IMG/VR virus record: IMGVR_UViG_3300016657_000126
Span: 1-24,884 of that record
Reading direction: 5' to 3' (one strand)
DNA: 24,884 nt
Origin: a virus
Positions 8,003 to 18,000 of this stretch are shown here, in pieces. The number at the start of each line of letters is the position of its first letter. Position 1 is the stretch's first letter. The notes under the pieces are model-generated. The model saw nothing but the letters and a program-made list of their open reading frames with translations. It made no database searches and was not told where the DNA came from. Made by a program: the position numbers and the translations under genes.

Positions 8003-8431
8003 TCAGTTTGAAGGCGGAACGTAGGGCGTGGTCAAGATCGTAACGGTGCCGTTCGGATTCACCGTGAACGCATTGGTCGGAAGCGCGACGTCGACGGGAA
8101 CACCGTCGGCGGTCTGCGCGGCGATAAGCGCGTCAGTGAGCGCGGCGTGGATGGCGAAGATCTTACCCGCTTTGGTGCCGAGCGCGTCGCACACCTGCTG
8201 CGGCGTGAGGCCTTCGGAGTTGTGCCAGACAAGATCAATGCCCTGCTTCTGCATGCGCGCGAGCTGGGAGTAGCCGGACTGGGCCAGCATCACAACGCGC
8301 TTGGAGGCGCGCTCCTGCTTGCCGGCGAGGGAGGTGTCGGTGGACGGCTGCAGAATGGATTCCTGCGCCTGGGCGGCGCTCGGCGCGAGGGCCAGCGCGA
8401 GGATCGAGCAAACGAAGAAGAGGAGTTTCAT
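8003..8431 (-). CDS. Exported hypothetical protein (142 aa from ATG 8431)
   Basis: Signal peptide MKLLFFVCSILALALAPSAAQA|QE; helical core VWHNSEGLTPQQVCDALGTKAGKIFAIH and C-terminal FTVNPNGTVT hairpin. Confidence 0.8.
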   Translation of the reverse strand: MKLLFFVCSILALALAPSAAQAQESILQPSTDTSLAGKQERASKRVVMLAQSGYSQLARMQKQGIDLVWHNSEGLTPQQVCDALGTKAGKIFAIHAALTDALIAAQTADGVPVDVALPTNAFTVNPNGTVTILTTPYVPPSN

Positions 8432-8441
8432 ACGAGAATCG

Positions 8442-8470
8442 ATTATCGAAGTGTGAGAGTTAAGAACCAA
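8442..8470 (-). promoter_or_regulatory. Candidate internal promoter
   Basis: TTGGTT-17 nt-GATAAT in an AT-rich gap, 10 nt before the ATG. Confidence 0.35.
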
Positions 8471-8477
8471 GCGTAAA

Positions 8478-9305
8478 TCACCAGTAGCCGTAGGTGGCTG
8501 TCCAGATGTCGGACGTCAGATCCGGGCGCGACACATACTCGAACGGGAGCGAGAAGCGACCGCGCGCGCCCCAGTCAGGGCCCCAGCTATTGAAGCCGAA
8601 GAATAGCTGCGCGCGCTCGTCGTAGCCGTCGATCATCATCGCGTGGCCGCCGATGGCGCGCTCGCCAGCCACCGGAACTGGGATGCGCCCAGAGGTCTGC
8701 ACACCCGGAAAATTGACGCTCTGGTAGAGCTGCACGCCGACGATGATCGGCAGCCGCTCGACCGCGATAGTCGTCATCATCACCGCCGGCGCCGTGGGCA
8801 GAGGAAGGATGCGCTGGTATTCTTTGATGCGCATCGTGCGCGCCCATTTCATCGAGTCTTCCGACGGTGCTGTCTTCGGATTGCGAGACTCGTGCGCGGT
8901 GGACGGCGCCGCACCGTCTTGCTGCATCGTCTTCATTAGATCGCGCAGGTAAGCGCCGCCGTCGGCGCCTTGCATGCCCGACTTCTCGCGCGCCTTGTAG
9001 TAGAGCCAAAACGGACTCGCCGTCCAACCCAAGGACGAGCCGAGCGCGCGACCGTAGATGTTCGCCAGGAATGCGGTGCCGGCGTGTCCGGTGCAGGACT
9101 GCGTGGTGCCTTGATCGAGCGCATCGCGCAAACCGTAGGTCAGGAGCGACACCGTCGGCGAGAAGCTCGAGATGCGCTCTCTGATGTAGTCGCGCGGATC
9201 GCTCGGGTCGGGTAGCGCGCCCAACCGCTCTTCCGCCAGCGGCGCCATGCCGACTGCTCGGCGCGCCAGAAATTTCAGACGCTCACTGAATGTTCGCTGC
9301 TGCAT
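8478..9305 (-). CDS. Papain-family (C1A) cysteine protease, bacterial xylellain-like type
   Basis: DQGTTQSCTGHA (oxyanion Gln, catalytic Cys), GGHAMMIDGY (His), NSWGPDWG (Asn), N-terminal LGALPDPSDPRDY, SPFWLYY...DGGAYLRD. No signal peptide. Confidence 0.93.
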   Translation of the reverse strand: MQQRTFSERLKFLARRAVGMAPLAEERLGALPDPSDPRDYIRERISSFSPTVSLLTYGLRDALDQGTTQSCTGHAGTAFLANIYGRALGSSLGWTASPFWLYYKAREKSGMQGADGGAYLRDLMKTMQQDGAAPSTAHESRNPKTAPSEDSMKWARTMRIKEYQRILPLPTAPAVMMTTIAVERLPIIVGVQLYQSVNFPGVQTSGRIPVPVAGERAIGGHAMMIDGYDERAQLFFGFNSWGPDWGARGRFSLPFEYVSRPDLTSDIWTATYGYW

Positions 9306-9546
9306 GTTGTTTTTTCCAGACGGCTACGGCTTCGGTGAGGATCGCCTGGCGCCGCTCGACCGGGATGACGGCGAGGATTTCATCGACCGTGGTGATGTGC
9401 GTAGGATACTTATCGGGCACAGGCTCTGTGGCGTCGAACCACAGAGCCTGGAAAACAGCCGTGACGAAGAAAGCGTCGTCCGGCGTGCGGGTGGTGGACT
9501 GACATCCGAGCAGCGTGAGGGTGAGCGCAGCGAGGAGAGGTTTCAT
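9283..9546 (-). CDS. Small lipoprotein (87 aa)
   Basis: MKPLLAALTLTLLG|C lipobox; TGATG overlap with the upstream stop. Confidence 0.75.
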   Translation of the reverse strand: MKPLLAALTLTLLGCQSTTRTPDDAFFVTAVFQALWFDATEPVPDKYPTHITTVDEILAVIPVERRQAILTEAVAVWKKQHAAANIQ

Positions 9547-11702
9547 CAGTAGGTATTGAACCCACTGAGATCAATCTCGTGCAAGGAGTATCCGCCCTTC
9601 GTCACCGTGCCGGTCATGCTCCAACCGACGTTCGCCGCGCCCGCCGTGTCCGTGTAGCCGGCGAGCGACTGCAGCAGCAGGGGATTGAAGCGCGCGCGCA
9701 GCGTGGCACCGCTCCACACGGACGCATGGTAGAGCTTGCCGTTGAAGTTCGCGCAGACGACCAGGTTTTCCGTGGAGTCTCCGAGCGCCATGCCGGCATT
9801 GAAGGTGTAGTCGGTGCCCAGCTGCGTCCACGAGCTCCCGTCCGTAGTCGTGCTGGTATAAAAACGAACGATGCCGGAGGACTGGGTCCTGGTGACGCGG
9901 ACCCAACGCTTCGTGCCATCCACGGCCCCGACAGGAAAACCTGTGGTCTTCGCGTTACCGGTCGCCATGTAGAACCCGAGGGCGCCGTCTGTCTCGAGGC
10001 GGAATCGGTAGGCGGTAGAGGCCGGCAGCTTCTGGACGAGTTCCACCGCGCTCGTGGGTGTCCAGTCGTTCGGCGCGATGCGGAGACGAATGTCGATGTC
10101 ACCGGTCACGCTGACGTTCGCATTGTCGGCGGTCGCCGCATATTGCGTCCCGTTCATGCTGACGAACGAGGCGTCGGTCGAAGCCTCAATGAGCGCGTTG
10201 ATCGCCGCCTTGTGGCCTGTCAACGAGGTGCCGGACCCGGCGCCGCCGAAGGTCCACACGTTCAGCAGAACGAGCTGATTGTTGATGATGAGGAACGCGG
10301 GATTTCCAGAGTCGCCGCCGATCTTCTCCTCGTAGAAGAGTTGCCGCTGGGTGTCCGCCGGCACCGTGAAATAGGCCATCGACCCATACATGCCGGCGCC
10401 GGCCGTGATCTGCGCCAGGTCAGTGACCAGCGCCTTCTCCTCTTGGTCGAGGCACAGCGCCGGCACGCGGTAGGTGTAGTTCAGAGACGGGAGCTTGTTC
10501 GGCCAGTTGTCGGGCAGGACCTTCGCGTAGGTGATCTCGGCGGGCACATCGCTGTCGAGCGTCGCAACCCGGTAGTCGGGATAGTAGTTCGTGTAGCCGC
10601 CAGCCGTGGTGATGGATGTGATGGTGCGGGTGTACAGCGTGTTGTCCTGCCCGACGAAGTGCATGACTGCGCCCGTGCCCATGGAAGCGTGCGCGCAGAC
10701 AATGAAGTGGCGCGGGGTTACCAGCGCTCCCGCCCAGAGATTATTCGTCTGGCTGTTGCCAGGGCTGATCGCCGTAAGGTCCAGTCCGTAGGCCCAGCAG
10801 TTGACGTTCCGCACATAGCTCTGCGAGCTCGGGTTGTACGTGCTGAATATACGCAGCGCGTCGACAGGCGCCTTGCCTGCCAGCCGCGAGTCGATCGTGG
10901 ACATGATATTTTGACGCAGGCTTCCGGCGGCGTAGCTGGTAACCGATACCGCCGGCGGCGGGGCGCCGGTTACGGAAGTTGTCACCGTGCGCTGATAGAC
11001 CAACCCGCTGGATGTGGTTAGGCGGAGCGTGGCGGTGCCGCTCCCCACGTAAGTCCAGCGGTAAGGATCCCCGTCCTTCGGAATGATGATCGCGTTGTTC
11101 GTCGACGCGCGGCTGACCGTACCGGGCTCGGAGTTCGAGTCGGCGGGGCGCCACTCCCAGATGTAATCGGAGACTGACGACGAGCCCGTCACGGTGACGA
11201 CCGTGCGGTCCTGCTCGGTGGTGGTGACGGAGGTGGCTGCGGTCGTCGGTCTCGCCACACTGTAGGGCTCGGATACCGTGAGCGTGAACCGCGCTCCCGG
11301 CACGGCGATAGGTCCGCCATCCCAGGTCTTGTGTGTGCCCGTCTGCGCTATCGGTCCTCCGTCCAGCGTCAGCGCGCCCTCGCCGGTGACTGTGGGTGCC
11401 GGCGCCGCGCCAGACAAAACCGTCCACGAGGTCGGCGCGTCGGGCGTGTTGCCCGTCTGTCCGCTTCGGTAGTAGGTTGTCACTCCGCCGGTGCTCGAGA
11501 TGTCCCAGCACGCCTGGACCGAGTTGTAGCGGACCTGATAGCCAGGTTTGGTGTAGAGCGGACGCCCATTCGCAGGACCGGCGTACGCGTACGAGCCGTT
11601 CACAGCAGCGGTTCCCGCGCCGCTGACTTTCACGGGTGAGAACGCCTGACCGCAGCACAGGGAACTCAGCAGACAGAAGACCAGCAGGAGGAGTGTGCGC
11701 AT
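9546..11702 (-). CDS. Exported multidomain trypsin-like (S1/PA clan) serine protease with C-terminal LamG/concanavalin-like domain (718 aa)
   Basis: Signal peptide MRTLLLLVFCLLSSLCCG|QA; GALVTPRHFIVCAH (His), PDYRVATLD (Asp), GGDSGNP (Ser); C-terminal GDIDIRLRIAPNDW...RWVRVTR...VRFYTS...FNGKLY beta-sandwich. Confidence 0.85.
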   Translation of the reverse strand: MRTLLLLVFCLLSSLCCGQAFSPVKVSGAGTAAVNGSYAYAGPANGRPLYTKPGYQVRYNSVQACWDISSTGGVTTYYRSGQTGNTPDAPTSWTVLSGAAPAPTVTGEGALTLDGGPIAQTGTHKTWDGGPIAVPGARFTLTVSEPYSVARPTTAATSVTTTEQDRTVVTVTGSSSVSDYIWEWRPADSNSEPGTVSRASTNNAIIIPKDGDPYRWTYVGSGTATLRLTTSSGLVYQRTVTTSVTGAPPPAVSVTSYAAGSLRQNIMSTIDSRLAGKAPVDALRIFSTYNPSSQSYVRNVNCWAYGLDLTAISPGNSQTNNLWAGALVTPRHFIVCAHASMGTGAVMHFVGQDNTLYTRTITSITTAGGYTNYYPDYRVATLDSDVPAEITYAKVLPDNWPNKLPSLNYTYRVPALCLDQEEKALVTDLAQITAGAGMYGSMAYFTVPADTQRQLFYEEKIGGDSGNPAFLIINNQLVLLNVWTFGGAGSGTSLTGHKAAINALIEASTDASFVSMNGTQYAATADNANVSVTGDIDIRLRIAPNDWTPTSAVELVQKLPASTAYRFRLETDGALGFYMATGNAKTTGFPVGAVDGTKRWVRVTRTQSSGIVRFYTSTTTDGSSWTQLGTDYTFNAGMALGDSTENLVVCANFNGKLYHASVWSGATLRARFNPLLLQSLAGYTDTAGAANVGWSMTGTVTKGGYSLHEIDLSGFNTY

Positions 11703-11706
11703 TGGG

Positions 11707-12216
11707 TCAGAGTTTGGAGGCGGCGATGAAGGCGGCGTCGATCTGCGCGCTGCTCAGGGACAGGACCGCGCCAAGCTGCGTGACCAGCGCGTGGTCGCGT
11801 CGGAATGTCTGGCTCTCGGTCCACCAGTTGAGCGCGAGACGCTTTTGTTTCGCGTCGGGGATGGCGTTGAGCGCCGTCTCCACCTCGTCGATGAGGTCGA
11901 CCTGGATGAGCCACTCCTTCAACTGTCGTCGCGAAACTTCGGAAGGAACAGTTGGTATCGGTTGCGAGGGTGTAGATAGGTAAGTCGCAATGACATCAGC
12001 TGTTAGAGTTTGCTCTGGGTCTGCTGCAGGGATGCCGATCACGCGACCATCTGGCGACTGGACCCGGTAGCCGTTGGCGACATCGACGGAGAGGACGGTG
12101 TAGGTGGTACCAGCGAGATCGACGGTGTAGGTCGCAGGCGGGGAGGGCAGGTCTTCAGCAGCTCTCGCGATTACGCAAAGACTAAGAGCCGCGATATGGT
12201 AGATTTTGTTTTTCAT
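11707..12216 (-). CDS. Tail-fibre-assembly/chaperone-like protein with N-terminal signal peptide (169 aa)
   Basis: C-terminal VPSEVSRRQLKEWL...WWTESQTFRRDHALVTQLGAVLSLSSAQIDAAFIAASKL matches the helical domain commonly encoded next to phage fibre genes; N-terminus MKNKIYHIAALSLCVIARA|AE. Confidence 0.65.
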   Translation of the reverse strand: MKNKIYHIAALSLCVIARAAEDLPSPPATYTVDLAGTTYTVLSVDVANGYRVQSPDGRVIGIPAADPEQTLTADVIATYLSTPSQPIPTVPSEVSRRQLKEWLIQVDLIDEVETALNAIPDAKQKRLALNWWTESQTFRRDHALVTQLGAVLSLSSAQIDAAFIAASKL

Positions 12217-12229
12217 GGAGATCGTGAGC

Positions 12230-14983
12230 TTAATTATTGCCGACGCGTTGGCCGCTGATCGTGTGCAGTAGCTGGTCAGTCCCGTTCGAGTTCACCCAGA
12301 GGTCTGCGGTGGCGTTGAAGCGCGTGGTGGGGGTGACGTCGGTCAGTCCTACGGGGACGGAGAGCGCCGAGCCGTACTGGCTGCCGCCCGAGACGTTCCC
12401 TAGCGAGACCGTGCGGGTGTTAGCGCCCATGTTCGCAATGACCCAGGACTCTATGCGGTTCCGATTGAGATCAGGGAAAACCGATCCGCCGAGGAGCTGT
12501 TGGTTGCCGCTGGTAGAGCTCGAGGCTACGATGCGCCAGCGTCGATCCGGGGTGATACCGACGACGCCGACCAGGCGCCCCGGGTTATTACCCAGCGTGG
12601 TCCAGTCATCCGCGACAGGTATCGCCTGTGGGCGGAGTAGAGAGAGGGCACCGAGCCACTCGACGCGGACGTTTTTGATGTAGAGGTTTTTTCCAACCGC
12701 CAGCGCGCCGGTGCAGGTAAACATGTCGTTGCTCGCCGTAAAGACCTGCGAAGAAAGAAGCACCTGATTGGTCTGCCAGCTACCCTCAACGATAGAGATC
12801 GTGTTGGTCTGCGCCGCGCCGACACCGCCGATGAAGATACCGGTCAATCCGCTCGCTGAGTCCGCGTAGTAGTCGAACACAACCCGAACCTGACGCCAGA
12901 GGTTGCTTGTCGCCGCACGGTTGATTTGAACCGTTCCCGTCGTGCCTCGGGAAACCTGTAATACGTCGTTCACTCCGGCGATGCCGTCGACGTTGCCGGT
13001 CAAGGTCGCCTGACCTCCGGTGTTGTCACTGAATCCGTCGAGTCCGGCAGAGAAGTCGGAGGTGTAGACACTGCGGTGACCGCCGAGGACGACCCACGCC
13101 GGAGGCACACCAGTCGTGCGCCACGCCTCGGACTCGGCGTTGGTGAGGTGGGTGTTGAGCCACTGACCATGCGGGAGTGTGCCCTGGGGCCAGGCGTAAC
13201 CGAGCAGGTGGGTGCCGGCCGCCAACGTAGAGGCAAGCCACGCCGGCGGCGTGCCTTGGGTGGTGTCGACCGAACCGAAGTTGGCCGTGACATCGACACC
13301 GTCGATGCGGACGACGGGGAACACCGTCCCGGCAGTGAAGCGCACCTCCAGCCAGATCCGCTGGCCGCTGTAGCGGGACCGGAAATTCGCCCAATCGCGC
13401 CAACGCCCGTCGACGGTGGCCGTAGCACCGTTGGTCCGCAGGCGGCAGGTGCCGTCGCTGCGAATCATCATGCTGATCGAGTTTGCCTCGCCCTCCGCGG
13501 GACTGGAGGAGACCGACACGAAGAACATGTACGTGTTGGCGCTCGAAGCGGTGGTCGGCACGTTGACCCACCCGCACCACGACGCGGTCGCCGCGCCGGC
13601 CAGATTGCCGCGGGCGCCGGGGTATTGAGCGATGCCGCGGTTCGCCGTGTAGCCATCCGAAAAGAAGTAGGGCGCCGCGTCCTTGGTGAGCGCCTCCTGC
13701 TCCAGCATCGCCTCGGTCTGCATGGCGTCGGTACCTGTCACGCCGGTCATGCCGACGAGGTAGGCGTCGTTGCCACCGATCAGGGTGGCGTCGAGGACGT
13801 TCGCGGTGCCGGGCTGGACCTGGGGTAGCGATAGGGCCCCGACCACCCAAACCTGTATGGACTGGACCTCGATGCCCTCGCCCACGTTGCCGATCCCCAT
13901 GTTGAAGGAGAGGTCACGGTTGCCTCCCATGTTGGGGATCTCGCCCTCGTAATCGGCGAAAGAGTTGGTGAGCGCGTGGCCGGAGTTGGTGGTGCGACAA
14001 GCCCAGACTTGGAGGGTGGTAGCCGCGCCGACCCAGCGGGCGCGAATTTTATATCGCACCTTCCCCTGGAGTAGGAGTTGAGAAATGGCTGCGTTGCGAT
14101 TGGTGCCCTGGAGGAACAGATTCGAGCCGCTGGCGTTGGCAGCGTAGCCCGCCTTGCGGAGCAGACGCACGCCGCCGGTGATGGCGAGGGCGTCGACGTT
14201 GGCGCCCGCCTCCCAGTTGGTGAACGTGTCCGGAGTCGCATCGTCGACGGTGCCGGTAAAGGCCGCAAACGAAGTGTCGGCGGCGATCTGGACCTGCGAA
14301 CCACCGTCGCTCACCCACTTCGGCGGACGACCGGTCAGACGCCACGACTCGGACTCAGCATCGGTGAGATGCGAGTTGATCCACTGGCCGAGGGGAAGCG
14401 TGCCCTGGGGCCACGAGAAGCCCGTGAGGTGAAACGACGAGCTGAGATTGGCGTCGAGCCAGTTAGGCGGTGTCCCGCTCGGAGTCCCGGTCGTAGCTGC
14501 AAGCGGCACTCCGTTCGCACGGATAGTAGGCGAAGACACCCCGCTCACGTACCGGACGTCCAGCCACACCCGCTGCCCAGAAAACTCGGTGCGGAAATTA
14601 TTGTAACGAACCTCGCGATAATCGCTACCTAATGCCCCCGTCTCGTAAATGAGCAGGTTGCCACTGGTATTGATCTGAGCGTGAGTCACGCGCCCAGTCG
14701 CAAAGACAGAGCTGGCGGAAGGGGTGATGGCGTAGATGACCACCCCTGAAGACGGATTGCTCGTCGGCACCTCGACCCAGCCGACCCACGACGCAGTCGC
14801 CGCACCGGCCAGATTGCCGCGCGCGCCGGGCTGCTGGACGATGGCGCGGTTCGTCGTCGCCCCGTCGCTGAAAACGTAGGGAGAGGACTGACGAGTTCCT
14901 ACGTTAAACGGGAACGACTGAGGACTGTACGCACCGTACAAATGTACGGCGACAAGGATAAGGAGTGTTAATATTTTTTTCAT
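12230..14983 (-). CDS. Exported fibre/receptor-binding-like protein with tandemly duplicated LamG-like plus carbohydrate-binding-like module (917 aa)
   Basis: Signal peptide MKKILTLLILVAVHLYG|A; two copies of PY.FSDG...NR.I.Q.PGARGNLAGAATASW.GWV.VPT...SGQR.WL.VR...WPQGTLP.GQW.N.HLT.AESE.WR.TG.PP.WV..GG. Confidence 0.75.
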   Translation of the reverse strand: MKKILTLLILVAVHLYGAYSPQSFPFNVGTRQSSPYVFSDGATTNRAIVQQPGARGNLAGAATASWVGWVEVPTSNPSSGVVIYAITPSASSVFATGRVTHAQINTSGNLLIYETGALGSDYREVRYNNFRTEFSGQRVWLDVRYVSGVSSPTIRANGVPLAATTGTPSGTPPNWLDANLSSSFHLTGFSWPQGTLPLGQWINSHLTDAESESWRLTGRPPKWVSDGGSQVQIAADTSFAAFTGTVDDATPDTFTNWEAGANVDALAITGGVRLLRKAGYAANASGSNLFLQGTNRNAAISQLLLQGKVRYKIRARWVGAATTLQVWACRTTNSGHALTNSFADYEGEIPNMGGNRDLSFNMGIGNVGEGIEVQSIQVWVVGALSLPQVQPGTANVLDATLIGGNDAYLVGMTGVTGTDAMQTEAMLEQEALTKDAAPYFFSDGYTANRGIAQYPGARGNLAGAATASWCGWVNVPTTASSANTYMFFVSVSSSPAEGEANSISMMIRSDGTCRLRTNGATATVDGRWRDWANFRSRYSGQRIWLEVRFTAGTVFPVVRIDGVDVTANFGSVDTTQGTPPAWLASTLAAGTHLLGYAWPQGTLPHGQWLNTHLTNAESEAWRTTGVPPAWVVLGGHRSVYTSDFSAGLDGFSDNTGGQATLTGNVDGIAGVNDVLQVSRGTTGTVQINRAATSNLWRQVRVVFDYYADSASGLTGIFIGGVGAAQTNTISIVEGSWQTNQVLLSSQVFTASNDMFTCTGALAVGKNLYIKNVRVEWLGALSLLRPQAIPVADDWTTLGNNPGRLVGVVGITPDRRWRIVASSSTSGNQQLLGGSVFPDLNRNRIESWVIANMGANTRTVSLGNVSGGSQYGSALSVPVGLTDVTPTTRFNATADLWVNSNGTDQLLHTISGQRVGNN

Positions 14984-15014
14984 ATGCGAAAACTTTATTT
15001 CCCAGAGATCTTAT

Positions 15015-18000
15015 TTAGTAGATGCCCCATTCGGTACCGTCAGAAATGAGCGTGATCGATTGGTACTGTCCGAGAGTCGTAGAAGCAGCTCCGTCAATGT
15101 TACCACCTCCCTGCACGGTCACCGTTCCCGTGTTCTTGTTTTTGATCTGGTACTCTCGCCCGGTGTTGGACGAGGCTGTGGGTAGGGTTACCGTGAAGGC
15201 TGACGCACTATTGCAGACTACGACATGGTAGGTGGCATCGAGCGTGAAATTGCCGGTGAGTATGTTCACCTTCTTAGCGCGCCCGAACATCGTCTGGAGG
15301 TCGCCAGCAGCATTTATCTGCGCATATGTAGTCACGCCACCCGGAGATGACCATATATGACGCCGATTGGCGTCAGCGTGCCAGCGAGAGAATTCCACAC
15401 CAGAAGTGTCAGTCAACGCGACCGACGCGTAGTTTCCTTCGCGGAAAATTTGGATGGGACCGCCGCCGTCAGTGCTGAGGCGCCTGTTCGCCGCATCGAT
15501 ATTCACGAACTGCGTCGAGCTGTTCGCGCGAACAGTGGCGCCACCATTAATCGCGCCGCCCACACCAAGACCTCCGGTGACGACCAGCGCACCGGTGCCG
15601 GTGGTCGTGGATGCGGTGCTGGCGGTGACCGTGGTCACGCCAGTGCTGGCCACGGTGACGGCATCGGAGGCCGAGTTGTTCACGCGCAGGCTCACACCGA
15701 ACCCGGCGTTGGCTTTCAGCACGAGGGAGTTCGAGGGCGAGAACACTTCGCCAGCAGCATTTCCGAGCATGAGATTGGTGCCGCCCACATTGACCGCTCC
15801 GCCCGTATATACGGCACCAGCCACCCCCACGCCTCCGCCGACCGTAAGCGCGCCTGTGGTCGTGCTGGAGGAGGAGGTCGTGTCCGGGATGTTCACTTGC
15901 GACGTACCGGCGGGGACACGCAGCACGATGTTGGTGTCGCGGTTGACCAACGTGACGTCATTGGTCGAACCGTAACCCTGCACGACCGCGCCGTTCGTGG
16001 AACTCAGACCGACATTCGCGCCGTTCGCTACCAGGGCGGCAAAAGGACTGGCGGTCGAGACATTGAATTTACTTTCGGTGGAGACATTCCCGCCGACGTT
16101 GACCGCTCCAGACACACCGACGCCCCCGGTGACAACCAACGCGCCGGAAGTCTTGCTGGTGGACGCGTTGCTCGCGGAGAACACCATCGGCGGCACCCAG
16201 GTGGCGGTGCCGGGAGTGTTGCCGTTGCGGGTGAAGGTCACGACCGAGGCCGCGGCGCTGTACGCGTCGTTGACGAGCTGTAGGCGCAGCTGTTCGGCGT
16301 TGAGATACCACCGCCAGATCTTGTTGTCGGTGGTGCCGTCGATGTCCTTCAGGACAAATTGAGGAATGCTTGAGGCAGACCAGACCCCACCCACTTCACC
16401 AGTGCCGTCGGCGGCAGTCGCTTTGATCGTGCCGCCGCTGGTCGTGCCGGTGAGCGTGGGCGAGGCGAGCGTTTTGTTGGAGAGCGTCTGCGTCTGGTCC
16501 GTGCTCACGACCACTTTGGTCGCGCCGGAGACGCTGTAGTTGATCGCTCCGCCGGTATACCAGACCGCGCCATCGGTCGCGCTGGAGGTGGATGCGAGCA
16601 CCGGGGCGGTCAGCGTCTTGTTGGAGAGTGTCTGGCTCAGGCTGAGATCCACGAGCGTGCGTTCGCCGGCGCCGTAGAAACGAATCGTGTCGGAGTTATA
16701 CCAGATGCGTCCGGCCGTCGTCTGCGGGGTGCTGTTGAGCTGGAGGGCGCCGAAGGAAGCCGTGCCGCCGGCGACCACCGCGCCGCCCACGCCCACGCCG
16801 CCGGTGACGACCAGCGCGCCGGTGCTAGACGAGTTGGCGGCGGTGGACATCGGAATGGTGACCGCAGAGCCGGTGAGCGTCATCGCGTCGGTCAGCGCGG
16901 TGGTGCTGCCGGCATTGACCTGAATCGCGGCCGTGCTGCCCGAGGCGCCGGCGCTGTTGCCCCACTGGAGGTCGGTGCCGATGCGCGCGGTGAACGCAGC
17001 GCCAGGAACGAAGGTGCCTGCGTCGGTGCCGGTGCCGGTGATCTCGAAGCTGCCGATGGTCGTGGCGCCGGCGGGCCAGGTGCCCGTCTGACGTCGGGCG
17101 ACCGTCACGCGGCCGGAGTTTCCGGCCGCTGGCATGACGACAACGGAGCCCAGCTTGTCGCCGGTAGAGTTGGCGATGGTCGTGCTCGGACCGAACCACG
17201 CGACGCCGCCGCTGTTGGTGCCAGTGCCGGGAAACTGGACCTGCGTGGTGTTGGCCAGCACCTGCATGGCCGCGGTACCCGCGCGATTGAGGAAGCTGAC
17301 GTCGGCCGTCGTACCGAAGCCCTGCACAACACCGCCGGCAGTGGTGGAGGCGTTCACGCGCACGCCGGTGGCGGTTAGCGTGCTGCTCGAGACGTTGCTG
17401 TTCGATACAAACTGCCCGGCGGTGGAGACACTGCCGGTGGCGTTGATCGCACCACCCACGCCCACGCCGCCGGTGACGACGACTGCCCCTGAGGATGCGG
17501 TGGTCGAGGCCGTGCTGCCGGGAAAGGTGACGGTGCCTGGCGTGGTGCCGGTGCGCCCGACCGTCATCCAGTTGTTGGATGAGGAGAAGGCGTCATTCGC
17601 CAGGCGGAACTGCAGAACGCTGCCGGAGACGATGGCGTCCCAGGTCTTGTTGTCGGTGGACGCGTCCGTCTCGTGCCACAGGAATGAGGGGGTCGTGGCC
17701 TCCGATTGGATGCCACCCAAGCGCCCGGAGGTGGAGCTGGAAGTGACGCGAAATGTGTTCTCTGAGCCCAGAACACCGGACGCTAAGCGATAGAGCGCGG
17801 TGTCCGAGCCAACCCACAGACCTTGCCACGGCTGCCCAGTCTGGTTGTACGGGTTAACGACGACCTTGTTCTGATTTATGTTCGACGTGCTGAGGGTGAG
17901 ATCAGAGTAGCCGGCGTGAAGCGCGATGTTGTCGCCGATCGTGAGGGTCGAGCCGTTATCCATCTGCTGCAGGCTGATGTAGTAGCGCGCCTGCGCCGTG

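Noticed and set aside
15550-17500. CRISPR array or DNA-level tandem repeat
   Set aside because: Repeats are degenerate, irregularly spaced and explained by protein motifs.
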